Shown here piece by piece: positions 53,028 to 64,000 of a stretch of 64,000 bases of DNA; the stretch's first letter is position 1, and each line of letters begins with the position of its first letter. This DNA comes from Octopus vulgaris (Eukaryota), in assembly GCA_951406725.2 (NCBI GenBank), contig OX597817.1, positions 139,128,001-139,192,000 on the forward strand. Direction: 5' to 3'. The position numbers and the translations under genes are program-made. The notes below the pieces were generated by a model, which saw only the letters and a program-made list of their open reading frames with translations, was not told the DNA's origin and made no database searches.

Positions 53028-53529
53028 TACATGATGGGCTTCTTTCAGTTTCTATTTATTGAATTCACTCACATGGCTTTGGTTGGTCTGAGGCTATAGC
53101 AGAAGAAACTAGCCCAACACACCACACAGTGAGACTGAACCCACGACTATGGTGAGTGGAAAGCAATCTTCTTACTATACACACGCACACCTGCAACCAA
53201 CCCCAGAGTTAGATCTATGGTTTAAATTGGATTTGGTACTTCCATATCCTCAATATTCTATCAGCATTCGATGCCCTCGTTGTTTATCTCACTGTCAAGT
53301 CTATGTTATTGTACCCAGCCATTTCTGATCTCCAGTGTGTTGATGTGCCTAGGGTCCATTGTATGCTTATAAGTAATTCATATATAGTATATTATAGTAT
53401 CATCATCATCATCTTCATCTTTTAGCATCCACTTTCCATGCTGGCATGGGTTGGACAATTTGACTGAGGACTGGCAAGCCAGGAGGCTGCACCAGGCTCC
53501 AGTCTGATTTGGCTTGGTTTCTGGACAAT

Positions 53530-54960
53530 GATCAGTGAAACTGAAAATGCCCTCAAACTGACGAAAGCACACAAAGCTCCTGAGAAATATGGCATCACAA
53601 CAAAGATGTTAAGACGTGGAGGAGAAGAGCTGCAAAAATCCTCGTTCTATGCATTAATCACCATCTGAAGGAAAATAAAATAGCCCCACTGTGGAAAGAG
53701 TCAAATACCACCCTGCTTCATTACAAGAGTTATATAGAAGATTTTAACAAAAACTATGCCCCCCCACCTCCCATCCATGTCTCTTGTCTTGTTTCTATAA
53801 GCTGTTTACAAAGGTCACAGCCACCAGACTATCAAAGCATTTTAATGACAAATGGCCAAGAGAGTAAACAGGTTTCCATAAGAACCCTATTAAGATAGAT
53901 CACATATTCACTCGAAAACGGCTCATAGAACAAGCAGATAAATACAATCTTCCTCTGGGTATCGCATTTGTTGATTACAGAAAGGCTTTTGACAGTGTCA
54001 AGATGAATGCAGTGTTGACATCTCTGGAAAGGCAAGGTGTCAAGGCACAACACATCAAAGATCCAAACTCTGTATGCACAAGAGATATACCTCTGCTATA
54101 ACCACCAGTAAGGATCCCAAAATGGGAAAGATGTCAAGGAAGGAGATACCATCTCTCCAAAGCTCTTTACCACATGTCTACAAATAGTCTGGTGGCATGT
54201 AAAAAGCACCAACCATTCATACATAGCCGATGCCAGCACTGCCATGACTGGCTTACGTGTCGGTGGCACATAAAAAACCACCAACCGATCATGGCCATTG
54301 CCAGCCTCCACTGGCACATAAAAAGCACCTTCCATATGTGGTCAATGCCAGCGTCACCTTGACTGGCTTCCGTGCCGGTGGCACATAAAAGCACCAACCG
54401 ATCATGGCCGTTTGCCAGCCTCGTCTGGCCCCTGTGCCAGTGGCACGTAAAACGCACCCACTACTCTCATGGAGTGGTTGGCGTTAGGAAGGGCATCCAG
54501 TTGTAGAAACACTGCCAGATCAGACTGGAGCCTGATGCAGCCTCCTGGCTTCCCAGACCCCGGTTGAACAGTCCAACCCATGCTAGCATGGAAAACGGAC
54601 GTTAAACGATGATGATGATGAACACTGATTGGACTGTTGACGTTAGCATAAAAGGCAAGCAACTAACACACGTCTGAGTTGCAGATGACATTGAACTCTT
54701 CGCTGAAAACACAGACCAGCTGCCGACCATGCGAACAAAGTTGTAATTCAAGAATGGAACAGAGTGAATAAAGTGATTGTAGAATACCAAAAGCACAATT
54801 TCTGCTGGGCTGGAATGTCTTAAGTTTCACAGACAACAGGTGGACCCATGCAATCGATAAGTGGATTAGAGAAGGCCTCCACGACAATGGAGAGAAGATA
54901 ATTTGATTAAGTAATTTGGGTGAAGATAGAAAAGACTGATGCAATCAAGACAAAATTGGA
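53530..54960 (+). mobile_element. Degraded RTE-clade RT remnant interrupted by an RTE 3'UTR insertion
   Basis: AFVDYRKAFDSV, VKEGDTISPKLFT and ADDIELFA RT motifs in fragments. Confidence 0.7.
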
Positions 54961-55584
54961 AGCGCATTGTGATCAGTGATGTATAACAAACTCTGATGGT
55001 CTGGTTGATACTGTGATATATAAGATATCATCATCCTCATCATCCTTTAACGTCCGTTTTCCATGCTGGCATGGGTTGGACAGTTTAACCAGATCTGACA
55101 AGCCAGAAAGCTGCACCAAATTCCAGTCTGATTGAGCTTCGTAACACCAACCACTCCAAGATTGTGTGTTGGGTGCTTCTAACATGGCACCAACAGAGGA
55201 CTCCTGCAGGCCAATCCCCTTCACTGAGGAATGCAGCCTTAACATTTCTGCTCTGGAAGTCGTGTGGTGATCAGTTTTACTGTTCATCGTTCAAAGCAAT
55301 AGAAACCTGCATGAAACTACCAAAAGCAAAAAAATTAGAAAAACTATATTAAGGTAAACAGCACTCAGGTAGAAAACAACTCGTTAAAAAAAGGTTAAAA
55401 AGGAAACAGAAAGAAGACATTGAAATAAAGAAAGGCAACAATGAAAGGTGGATAAGCAGGGTGAGGAGGAGTGGTGGCGGTGGATTTCAGGAAGAATGGA
55501 AACAACCTCATTTGGCAGTTTCAATTAACGCTGTCTTATCAGGAACTTACCTCAAGCACTAAATGACATATTACCATAATAATG

Positions 55585-55939
55585 AGACTAAAACAATACC
55601 TGTTGTCATAGGTGCTCTAGGAATTATAGCAAAAGAGGCTGATTACTACTTAGCTCAGATACCAGGAAACCCCAAAATGGCAGAAATTCAAAAGATAGTG
55701 CTCATGGGAACTGCCCATATCCTACGTAAAATACTATCTATGTAATCTCAAGTTTAAAAATAAACACATAATTTTTTTATGGTTTCTCAAACATCCTCTA
55801 AAACAATACTGTGTATAAAACCAAATATATGGCACCCTACGCATAACAGCAACATGAACTTCCAACTTGTCTCTTGAGGTCTCTGGGTATGACTTAGAGT
55901 CAACTTGTACAAATGCAAAGCAAAAGTCAAACATAAAAC

Positions 55940-55940
<1 letters not shown>
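55585..55940 (+). mobile_element. R4/Dong-like 3' end (family of 15430-15842) with (TAA)n tail
   Basis: TKTIPVVIGALGIIAK...IQKIVLMGTAHILRKILSM. Confidence 0.85.
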
Positions 55941-55977
<37 letters not shown>

Positions 55978-58900
55978 AATTCTTGTGTATAGTGCTCAGG
56001 TGCACCACAACTAATTAGAAGTGCATGTACAGTACACAAAATTATGTATAAATGTCAGGAAAGTGAACAGTGTATGAACCATGACGTGTCATGATCCATG
56101 ACATGACATACATGAATCATGACCGTAACTGGTTGAGCGTGTCCTTTTGTGGCTGATGATATGTGCATCTCTGAACATGAGCAGAAGTAGTAGGGGAGCA
56201 TCATAGCCATGTGTTGAGAGGGATTCTTTGGGCTTTGAATAATTCACCTCTGGAAACATGGGTGTTTTGTTCATCGTCCTTAAACAACCCTTATTCAGGG
56301 ACCTTTTGAGTGAGATGGGCTACTCAAACTGAAGAAAATTCTCACTGGGCTCCACCTGCAAAGTCATGTGCTGTTAATCTTGATATGAGTTCATCATATC
56401 ACACACATATGGTCGTGATGCATGTGCCTGGTGTACCTTAATTAGACGGGTAGTCATGATGGGTATACTGGGCTTCATATACTTTACCCCAATGTCACTT
56501 TGATGGCATGCCCTTCTCTCTCACTCAATAATAATAATAACAATCACAATAACGATAATAATAATGATTTCAAATTTTGGCATAAGGCCTGCAATTTGTG
56601 GGGATGGGTTTAGTTGATACCATCAACCTGACAACTTGACTGGTTCTTTATCGGTATAGACCCCAAAAGGATAAAAGACAAAGTTGGCTTTTGTAAAATT
56701 TGAACCCAGAACATAGCAAGTTGGAAGAAATGCCACTGGGCCCTCTGTCCAATGCATTAATGGTTCTGCTAGTTTACTGCCTTTTTAGAATATTCTTTCA
56801 GGATCTTCAGTCATGGTCTGTTGCCTGAAGAACTCTGGAGACCCCAATGTCAACTGATTAAATTGCCATTCCTTCCCCCAACCCATCCACATGACAGGAA
56901 CAGTATTTTATCAACCCCAGTGTATGAAAGGTAAAGTTAGTCTTACAGGGAATTGAACCTGGAATGTAAACAGTCATTACTAAACACACAGCAAGGCAGT
57001 TCATCTGACAGTCAGGCAATTTTGGCACCAGCAAATTTTGGCACCAGCAATTCGAAGGTGGGGGTTGAAGTCAATTTCCTCAACCATAGACAGGTTCCTT
57101 TTTTTGTGAACAAGTAAATCTATTCACATAGTGTGGTTGGGGTTAGGGCTGAGATAGCAGATAGCCAGGGAGGCAGAAGATCGCTGATTCCCAATCCGCT
57201 ATCACCAATGTGTTGTAACAGTGGTTAAAACACTCAACTCACAAATGGCTCAGTTCACCTAGCTGTTAATAGGTACCAAGTCAACTTCCACAGCAGGAGA
57301 AGTTGAACTTCAGAGGAATATATGGAACGCCAATACAGCCATAATGTATCAAGAAAACTTGATGGATAACACAGGGGGAACAAGGCCATCAGATGTTACA
57401 TATGACCTAAAAGATCAATATATCACTATATTGATCTCTATCAATAATAATGTTTTTTATCATATTACATTTCTCCTCCCATGGAAATCATCGTTTAACG
57501 TCCGTTTTCCATGCTAGCATGGGTTGGATGGTTCGACCGGGGTCTGGGAAGCTAGGAGGCTGCACCAGGCTCCAGTTTGATCTGGCAGTGTTTCTACAGC
57601 TGGATGCCCTTCCTAACGCCAACCTATCTGTGAGTGTAGTGGGTGCTTTTTACGTGCCACCGGCACAGGTGCCAGGCGAGGCTGGCAACAGCCACGATCA
57701 GTTGGTACTTTTTACATGCCACCGGCACGGAAGCCAGTCAAGGTGGCGCTGGCATCGACCACATTCGGATAGTGCTCTTTACGTGCCAGGGGAGGCTGGC
57801 AACGGCCACAATCAGTTGGTGGTTTTTATGTGCCACCGGCACGGAAGCCAGTCAAGGTGGCGCTGGCAGCAGCCACCTACGGATGGTGTTTTTTACATGC
57901 CACCGGCACAGGTGCCAGGGGAGGCGGGCAACGGCCACGATCGGTTGGTGGTTTTTACGTGCCACCGGCACAACAAAGCAATGGACCGAAACAGTATTAA
58001 AATAAAAAAAGCTTGTTCAAAAAACAATCAAAAAGTGTCCACACTGTCTGACACACTTGCTCTCCCAGTGGGGTAGTTGTCAGAATTGCAAGCTAGATAG
58101 TCAGGTCACAGGCAGAAGCATTACTGTGCCTGCTTGAACATTAGGGTTGACCATTGGATGTGGTCAGCATTTGTGAGGGACGTGGTGAACTTGGCTCAAC
58201 CCACCTTAGGTGAATGCTGCTGAAAGTACAGGTAAAAGGTGTAGGTGTGTGTGTGTGTGTAGGTGGATTAATTGGTCGCATTTATGCATGGTAAAAATAG
58301 AAAATGACTATAAAAGACTAAAACTTATCGTCTAATCATTTAATCATTGCTGGGAAGGATTACCAAATTTTCCTCCCCAAACACCTTGGTGAGTTTTCTG
58401 CTTTTGACTTTATAAGCGAGAAAACTGCATCAAGCAGCAATGTCTGCTTTGGCATGGCTTCTATGGCTGGCTGCCCTTACTAGTGCCATCCACTTTGCAG
58501 AGTGGACTGGGTGCAGTTTTTGCATGACAGTAGCACTCATCATCATCGTTCAAACGTGGTCGAGACAATGGAATTTACTATGTTACACCAGACTTCACAG
58601 TCCATCATAGCATTAGGGAGGTCCTGTTGCTGGATGCCTGTATCCCTGGAGATTACATCAAGGTAGGAGAATGTGCGCCCTCTGATATTGTGAGCAGATG
58701 GCTTCCAGAGGAGAAGAGTAGAAATTACCTCGTTTTCAGCTCTACAACAATGTCCAGCAAACTGGATTCTTCTACCTTTCACAAGAGATGATACAGGTGG
58801 TAGTTTCCCATATATTTGTACTAGTGAGGCCACCAAGTAACTCACAAGACCAAGGGAAAGACTTCTCAGTTGGTCAGCTGTGGAGGGGGGTGGGGGCAGG

Positions 58901-59641
58901 TACAGGTGTGATGCTACAGAGGAGATACACGGCTACCCCACATTATGTAAAGGTGTACGGCTAAAGCTGGAAAGAAGACAATAATGGTGATGATGATGAT
59001 GAGGTGTCAGAGAGAACTTTCAGGATAAAAGAAGACGAATGTAAGTGAGAATGCACACGGAGAATCGGGAGGGGTGAGGTGGGTAAGTTCGTTAGAGTGT
59101 AAGCTGAGAATAACAGGTGATTAGAGATGGCGAGAGGTGAATGTAATAAATGAAACAAGGGTGGAAGTGTGGTTGATAGTAAATATCAATAAAGGAGAGA
59201 TGGAAGAAATATGGGTGGCTGAAGGAAAAGAAGAGATGTAGTCTCTCTCACATACATTATATGACTTTCAGTGCTAACTCTTTAATCTTTTGGTTTATCT
59301 AGAAATAATGAGATAAGTAACAAAGTCACACTTTGTCACTCACGTTCTCTCGTGTAACATTCTAAAGGATCATACTGAAAGTGTGTCATTCTAAAGGATT
59401 ATTTTAAAAGGATCCATCATTGTGGTAAATATTAACAACTTGTGGCTCATATGGAGTGATGTGGTGAATCCCTGCGGCAGATTTAAATCAGTTTTCTCAT
59501 CCTTTGGCTAAGTCTACCTTGCACAAATTGACATGTTTTTAAAAATCAAAAACTTTAAAATGTTTCTAAACTTTGATGTAATTCAAACAACACTATTCTT
59601 GACAGAGAAACATTTCAGAAATAGTTAATGACCGTGTAGGC

Positions 59642-59675
<34 letters not shown>

Positions 59676-60332
59676 TCCTTAACTAGATGTCTTGTGATAG
59701 TCACAAATGAGTATCATTTACAACTATCACATGATAGATATAAATAGAATGCCTGTCCATGGGGAAATTTACTTTCCTTAGAAACAGGCGAAGGCTAGCA
59801 ACAAAATGAGCATCCAACCGTAGAAAATCTGCTTCAATAAACCGAATGACCAGTGCAAGCATGAAAAAAAAAATCAATGTTATGTTGACAATTATTTACA
59901 CACACACACACATACACACACACACACACACAAATTTCTTAGTTTTATTAAATAAGCTTTCCCCAAAATTCACAAAAGTGTCACAAATATTTCAATAAAA
60001 ATACACTAAGGTTAATTAAAGGTGAACTGAAAATGTCACTTCGATATCAAGAATCAAGCAACGGCCTGAACCCTTAATCTCTACAGTTGTAGCAAAAGAT
60101 GGGAAAATGTCAACATAAAGCCCAGTACTTCTTCAGACATTTCTTCCAGCACCAGACAGGCTAAAAGGCTTTCACCAAACACAGCAAGCAAAGTGTTTTA
60201 TAAAATCCATTTTATATCAATATCTTACAGAAATCAGGTCATCAAATTTGTTACAAAACACCTTCAATTCCATCACTCATTTCACTAAATACAATTCGCT
60301 TTATATTATCCACTTCTTATTTCATTTTCAAC

Positions 60333-60424
<92 letters not shown>

Positions 60425-60728
60425 CATGATCACCGTGACTGATCAGGCTATCAGATGTTGCTACACAGCGCTGGTCACAATGCGCTTCGCATTGTTTTAG
60501 CCATCAAGTGATACCACCCTGCTGGCTAAGCAAGCAGGCCAACAGAAGAAAGAGTGAGAGAAAGTTGTGGGGTGAAGAGTACAGCAGGGATTGCCACCAC
60601 CCCCTGCCAGATCCTCGTGGAGCTTTAGTGTTTACGCTCAATAAACACTCACAATGCCCGATCTGGGAATTGAAACCGCTATCCTACGACAGCGAGTCCG
60701 CTGCCCTAACCACTGGTCCATTGCGCCT

Positions 60729-60764
<36 letters not shown>

Positions 60765-60942
60765 GGAAAATGGCGATTTTGACGTCTATATCTAGCATAC
60801 AGGTTGTCCACTTTTAGTGGTCAATCCTCTAAATTTTTTATGTAAAAAAATTTTTAATCTTCGGATTTTTTTTTAAATATGCTAAGCCACTGGTTTTAAT
60901 TGATTAATATCAATTTCTACCCTCATTTAATTTTATATATGT

Positions 60943-61286
60943 ATATGGTGTGTTATGAGAATTTATGGACAGGTATCCCAAAGAAACTCAACAAATATGT
61001 TAAAAATGGAGAAGAGAAGATGTTAAAATTTGAAAGAATTTTAATACATGCACATGCTCATTTCGAACAGTGATATTAACATGTAAATAACATGGTAGAA
61101 TAATTAAAATTAATTAGATTAAAATTAATTACATATCACTGCTCTCTTTAGCGCAAGAAGTATACAGCACTAGTTATTATTATTAAGTCTTCTGTTATAA
61201 TTTTAACATCTTCTCTTCTCCATTTTTAACAGGTATGTTGAATTTCTTTGGGATATTTTTCCATAAATTCTCATAACACACCATAT
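60943..61286. repeat. Long inverted repeat (~88-bp arms)
   Basis: 60943-61030 vs its reverse complement at 61199-61286, with a few mismatches. Confidence 0.88.
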
Positions 61287-62912
61287 GCATGCGGGGAGGG
61301 AGAAAATATGATGGGTGGGGGTGATTGTACACTCAAGTAACCGGCGGAGGGTACATAAAAGTGGATTAGATAGGATGGGTGGAAGGGGATACAGTAAGTG
61401 GACACAAAGAGGGGAGTATTAAGAGTATGTTGTAGGGAAAAGATTCCATGGAGACACATTGTGTGCAGGTAAGTTCGAGAGGATATGAAAGGAGAGTGGG
61501 AGATATTGGGTAGAGGAATGTATTTTCCTTATTACATATATTGTATTTTGCCCTGGGAAGGAATACCTTCACACTTCATTTCCACCATCTTTTCTTTTTC
61601 ACAAGCAGGGAGTATGGTGTGTATCTCCTCTACAGTAAGACCCCTGCTCCTGTCCCTCTATCATACTGTAGCTGCTCAACACCTGGGACAAACTCACCTC
61701 TCTCAATACTGCACTCTTACTTGGTCAAGTGGTCTTGTCTTACAAACTATTTGGTGACCTCATTAGCACTAATGCCACAAGAAAACCATGCACTATAAAG
61801 TGGTTGGCATTAGAGAGGGCATCAAGCCATAGACACCAGGCTAAAGCAGATATTTGAAGCTCAATGCAGTCCTGTGAGGTCAACAAAATTTGCTTAACGC
61901 ATCCAACCCATGCCAGCAATGGAATATGAACATTTAAATCATGACACATACATGTTCAATGATTATCGCATTTGGAAACAAAGGGATGTTGGCAAGTAGT
62001 AGGGAACCCAGCCATAGAAGACTCTGCCCCAATGTATTCATCAGCCCATACGAGCAGGGAGGAGTAGACACACACAATGAGAGAAAGAGAGAGACAGTGC
62101 TGAGCAAGCTAAAGGCTTCAAAGTCACTGTGTGGTAAGTAGCTTGCTTACCAACCACATGGTTTTGGGTTCAGTCCCACTGCATGGCACCTTGGGCAAGT
62201 AACATCTACTATAGCCTTGGACCGACCAAAGCCTTGTGAGTGGATTTGGTAGACAGAAACTGAAATAAGCCCATCATATATATATATATATATGTATGTA
62301 TATATGTATATATGTATATATGTATGTATGTATATATGTATGTATGCATGTGTGTGTGTGTATATTTGTGTGTCTGTTTGTCCCCCCACCATCGCTTGAC
62401 AACTGATGCTGGTGTGTTTATTTCCCCATAACTTAGTGGTTCGATAGAATAAGTACTAGGCTTACAAAGAATAAGCCCTGAGGCTGATCTGTTCAACTAA
62501 AGGTGGTGTTCCAGCATGGCCACAGTCAAATGTCTGAAACAAACAAAATGTTCTCAACTAAAAAAATAATGAAGCCTTCAGTTTAACATTGAAATAATTT
62601 TATAAAATAACTTGACGTAAAAACAGGCATTGATATAAGACGACCGAATTAGTTGCTTTATCATGCCTGAACCCCTCTTATCACCATTCTGTTGAGGAGG
62701 TTCTTGTCTTGCAAGTTACTTGGTGACTTCACTGGTGCTGGTGCCACATAAAAAGGACCCAGGACAATCTGTTGGATGGTTGGCATTAGGAGTGTGCCAA
62801 AGTAGACACTGAAGAAGTCAGGTGCAGTCCTCTGGCTTCCTGGCTCACCATCCAAACCCCACCAGCATGGAAAACAGACTTCAATTGAACACACACACAT
62901 GCAATTAAGTTA

Positions 62913-63279
62913 TCTCTATATATATAAACGGCAAAATGTCTGTCTGTGTGTGTCCTTTATACAAATCCACAATTTTTCAGTTAGAGGGCTCGCACTTTCT
63001 ATGGTCATTCAAAACCGTCCAAGGGTGGTCGTGCACATCTTTACATTTCCCCGGTCACCCCACAAAGCCATTAAAAAAATCAATAGAAGTGACTTTTTTT
63101 GTGAATTTTCTATCCAAAACCAATCAAAATGCCCGAAACTTGATACACCAATTGAATCCCAGCTAGCTGTACATGATTGGTCGGAGATTTGGACAGTACT
63201 CACGTGTATGTGTGCACGCACGCAGCTGTATATGCATGCACTAGCAGTTTGACCCAGCATTGCCGGGCAATAGTGCTAG
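62913..63279 (+). mobile_element. Non-autonomous Helitron-like element
   Basis: A|TCTCTATATATATAAA ... 3' hairpin ... TAGTGCTAG|T; paralogue at 7841-8203 (-). Confidence 0.78.
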
Positions 63280-64000
63280 TAAATTATAATCATAGAGTCA
63301 AACCAAAAATAGAGATCTTTTGAAATCATTTAATACATGTGTTTCAGGTCCGTGTAAGATATTTCAAAATATTTTGAAATATTTTTTTTAACTGAGGAAG
63401 GTCTCACATAATGGATTTGTTTCCTATTCTATATTATGCAGGCCTGAAATCTATATTTTAAACCATCTCAAAATATTTGGTTTGACTTCCTTATTACAAC
63501 TAATATGACTCAAGAACTATCCAGTCTTAATCCCATTTATGTGGATATTCTAACAATCTGTAGGAGTTTGCTATATTTGACTCAAATCGAAATTTCTTAG
63601 TGTAAAACAAAATACATACATATATCATCATCATTTAGCGTCCACCTTCCATGCAGACACGGGTTGGACAGTTTGACAAGAGCTGACAAGCCAGAGGACT
63701 GCACCAAGCCCCACTGTCTCTTTTAGATGTGGTTTTTAGAGTTGGATGCCCTTCCATATTACAGAGTGGGCTGTGTGCTTTTTACATTATATCAGCACCA
63801 TATATAAATACAAACACACATTGATAGATAGATAGATGCATGTGAATGTAATATACACCCATAAAAAATAATACAGGTAAGACAAATGTATTATACATTG
63901 GCAAAGACTTATGTGAATTACAGACTACACAACAACAAATAATAATCAATGTTGTCTTGTGTAAGAGCATGAGTTTGTGTGCTGTTGACATGTATGTATT

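Noticed and set aside
57450-58076. 208-aa ORF with repeated CHRH motifs (also the 29086 ORF)
   Set aside because: Antisense read-through of the tandem units in the RTE 3'UTR; paralogous copies do not keep the frame

Overview
Eukaryotic, AT-rich, microsatellite- and transposon-dense genomic DNA. The repeat landscape looks like a coleoid cephalopod, probably Octopus; this is my inference from the repeat types, not a database result. One protein-coding gene is well supported: a + strand multi-exon S1A trypsin-like serine protease. Its exons are 30460-30643, 37248-37372, 39958-40095, 41148-41287 and 45643-45798, plus a probable signal-peptide exon at 12767-12926 (903 nt joined, 300 aa). The His/Asp/Ser triad is intact and Asp189 is present, but the activation site is an unusual Tyr|IIGG and there is an extra Cys pair. 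Almost all other ORF-track entries are microsatellite or decayed-TE artefacts. Mobile DNA includes a decayed Penelope-like element (RT + GIY-YIG, with pLTRs), two unrelated solo LTRs with 4-bp TSDs, many R4/Dong-like RLE non-LTR elements nested in (TAA)n tracts, RTE/CR1/Tx1 fragments, mariner and Tc1 relics, non-autonomous Helitrons and several SINE families. The most interesting non-coding signals are several minimal type I hammerhead-ribozyme motifs from different repeat families, some with non-canonical cores, and long intronic fold-back hairpins near protease exons.
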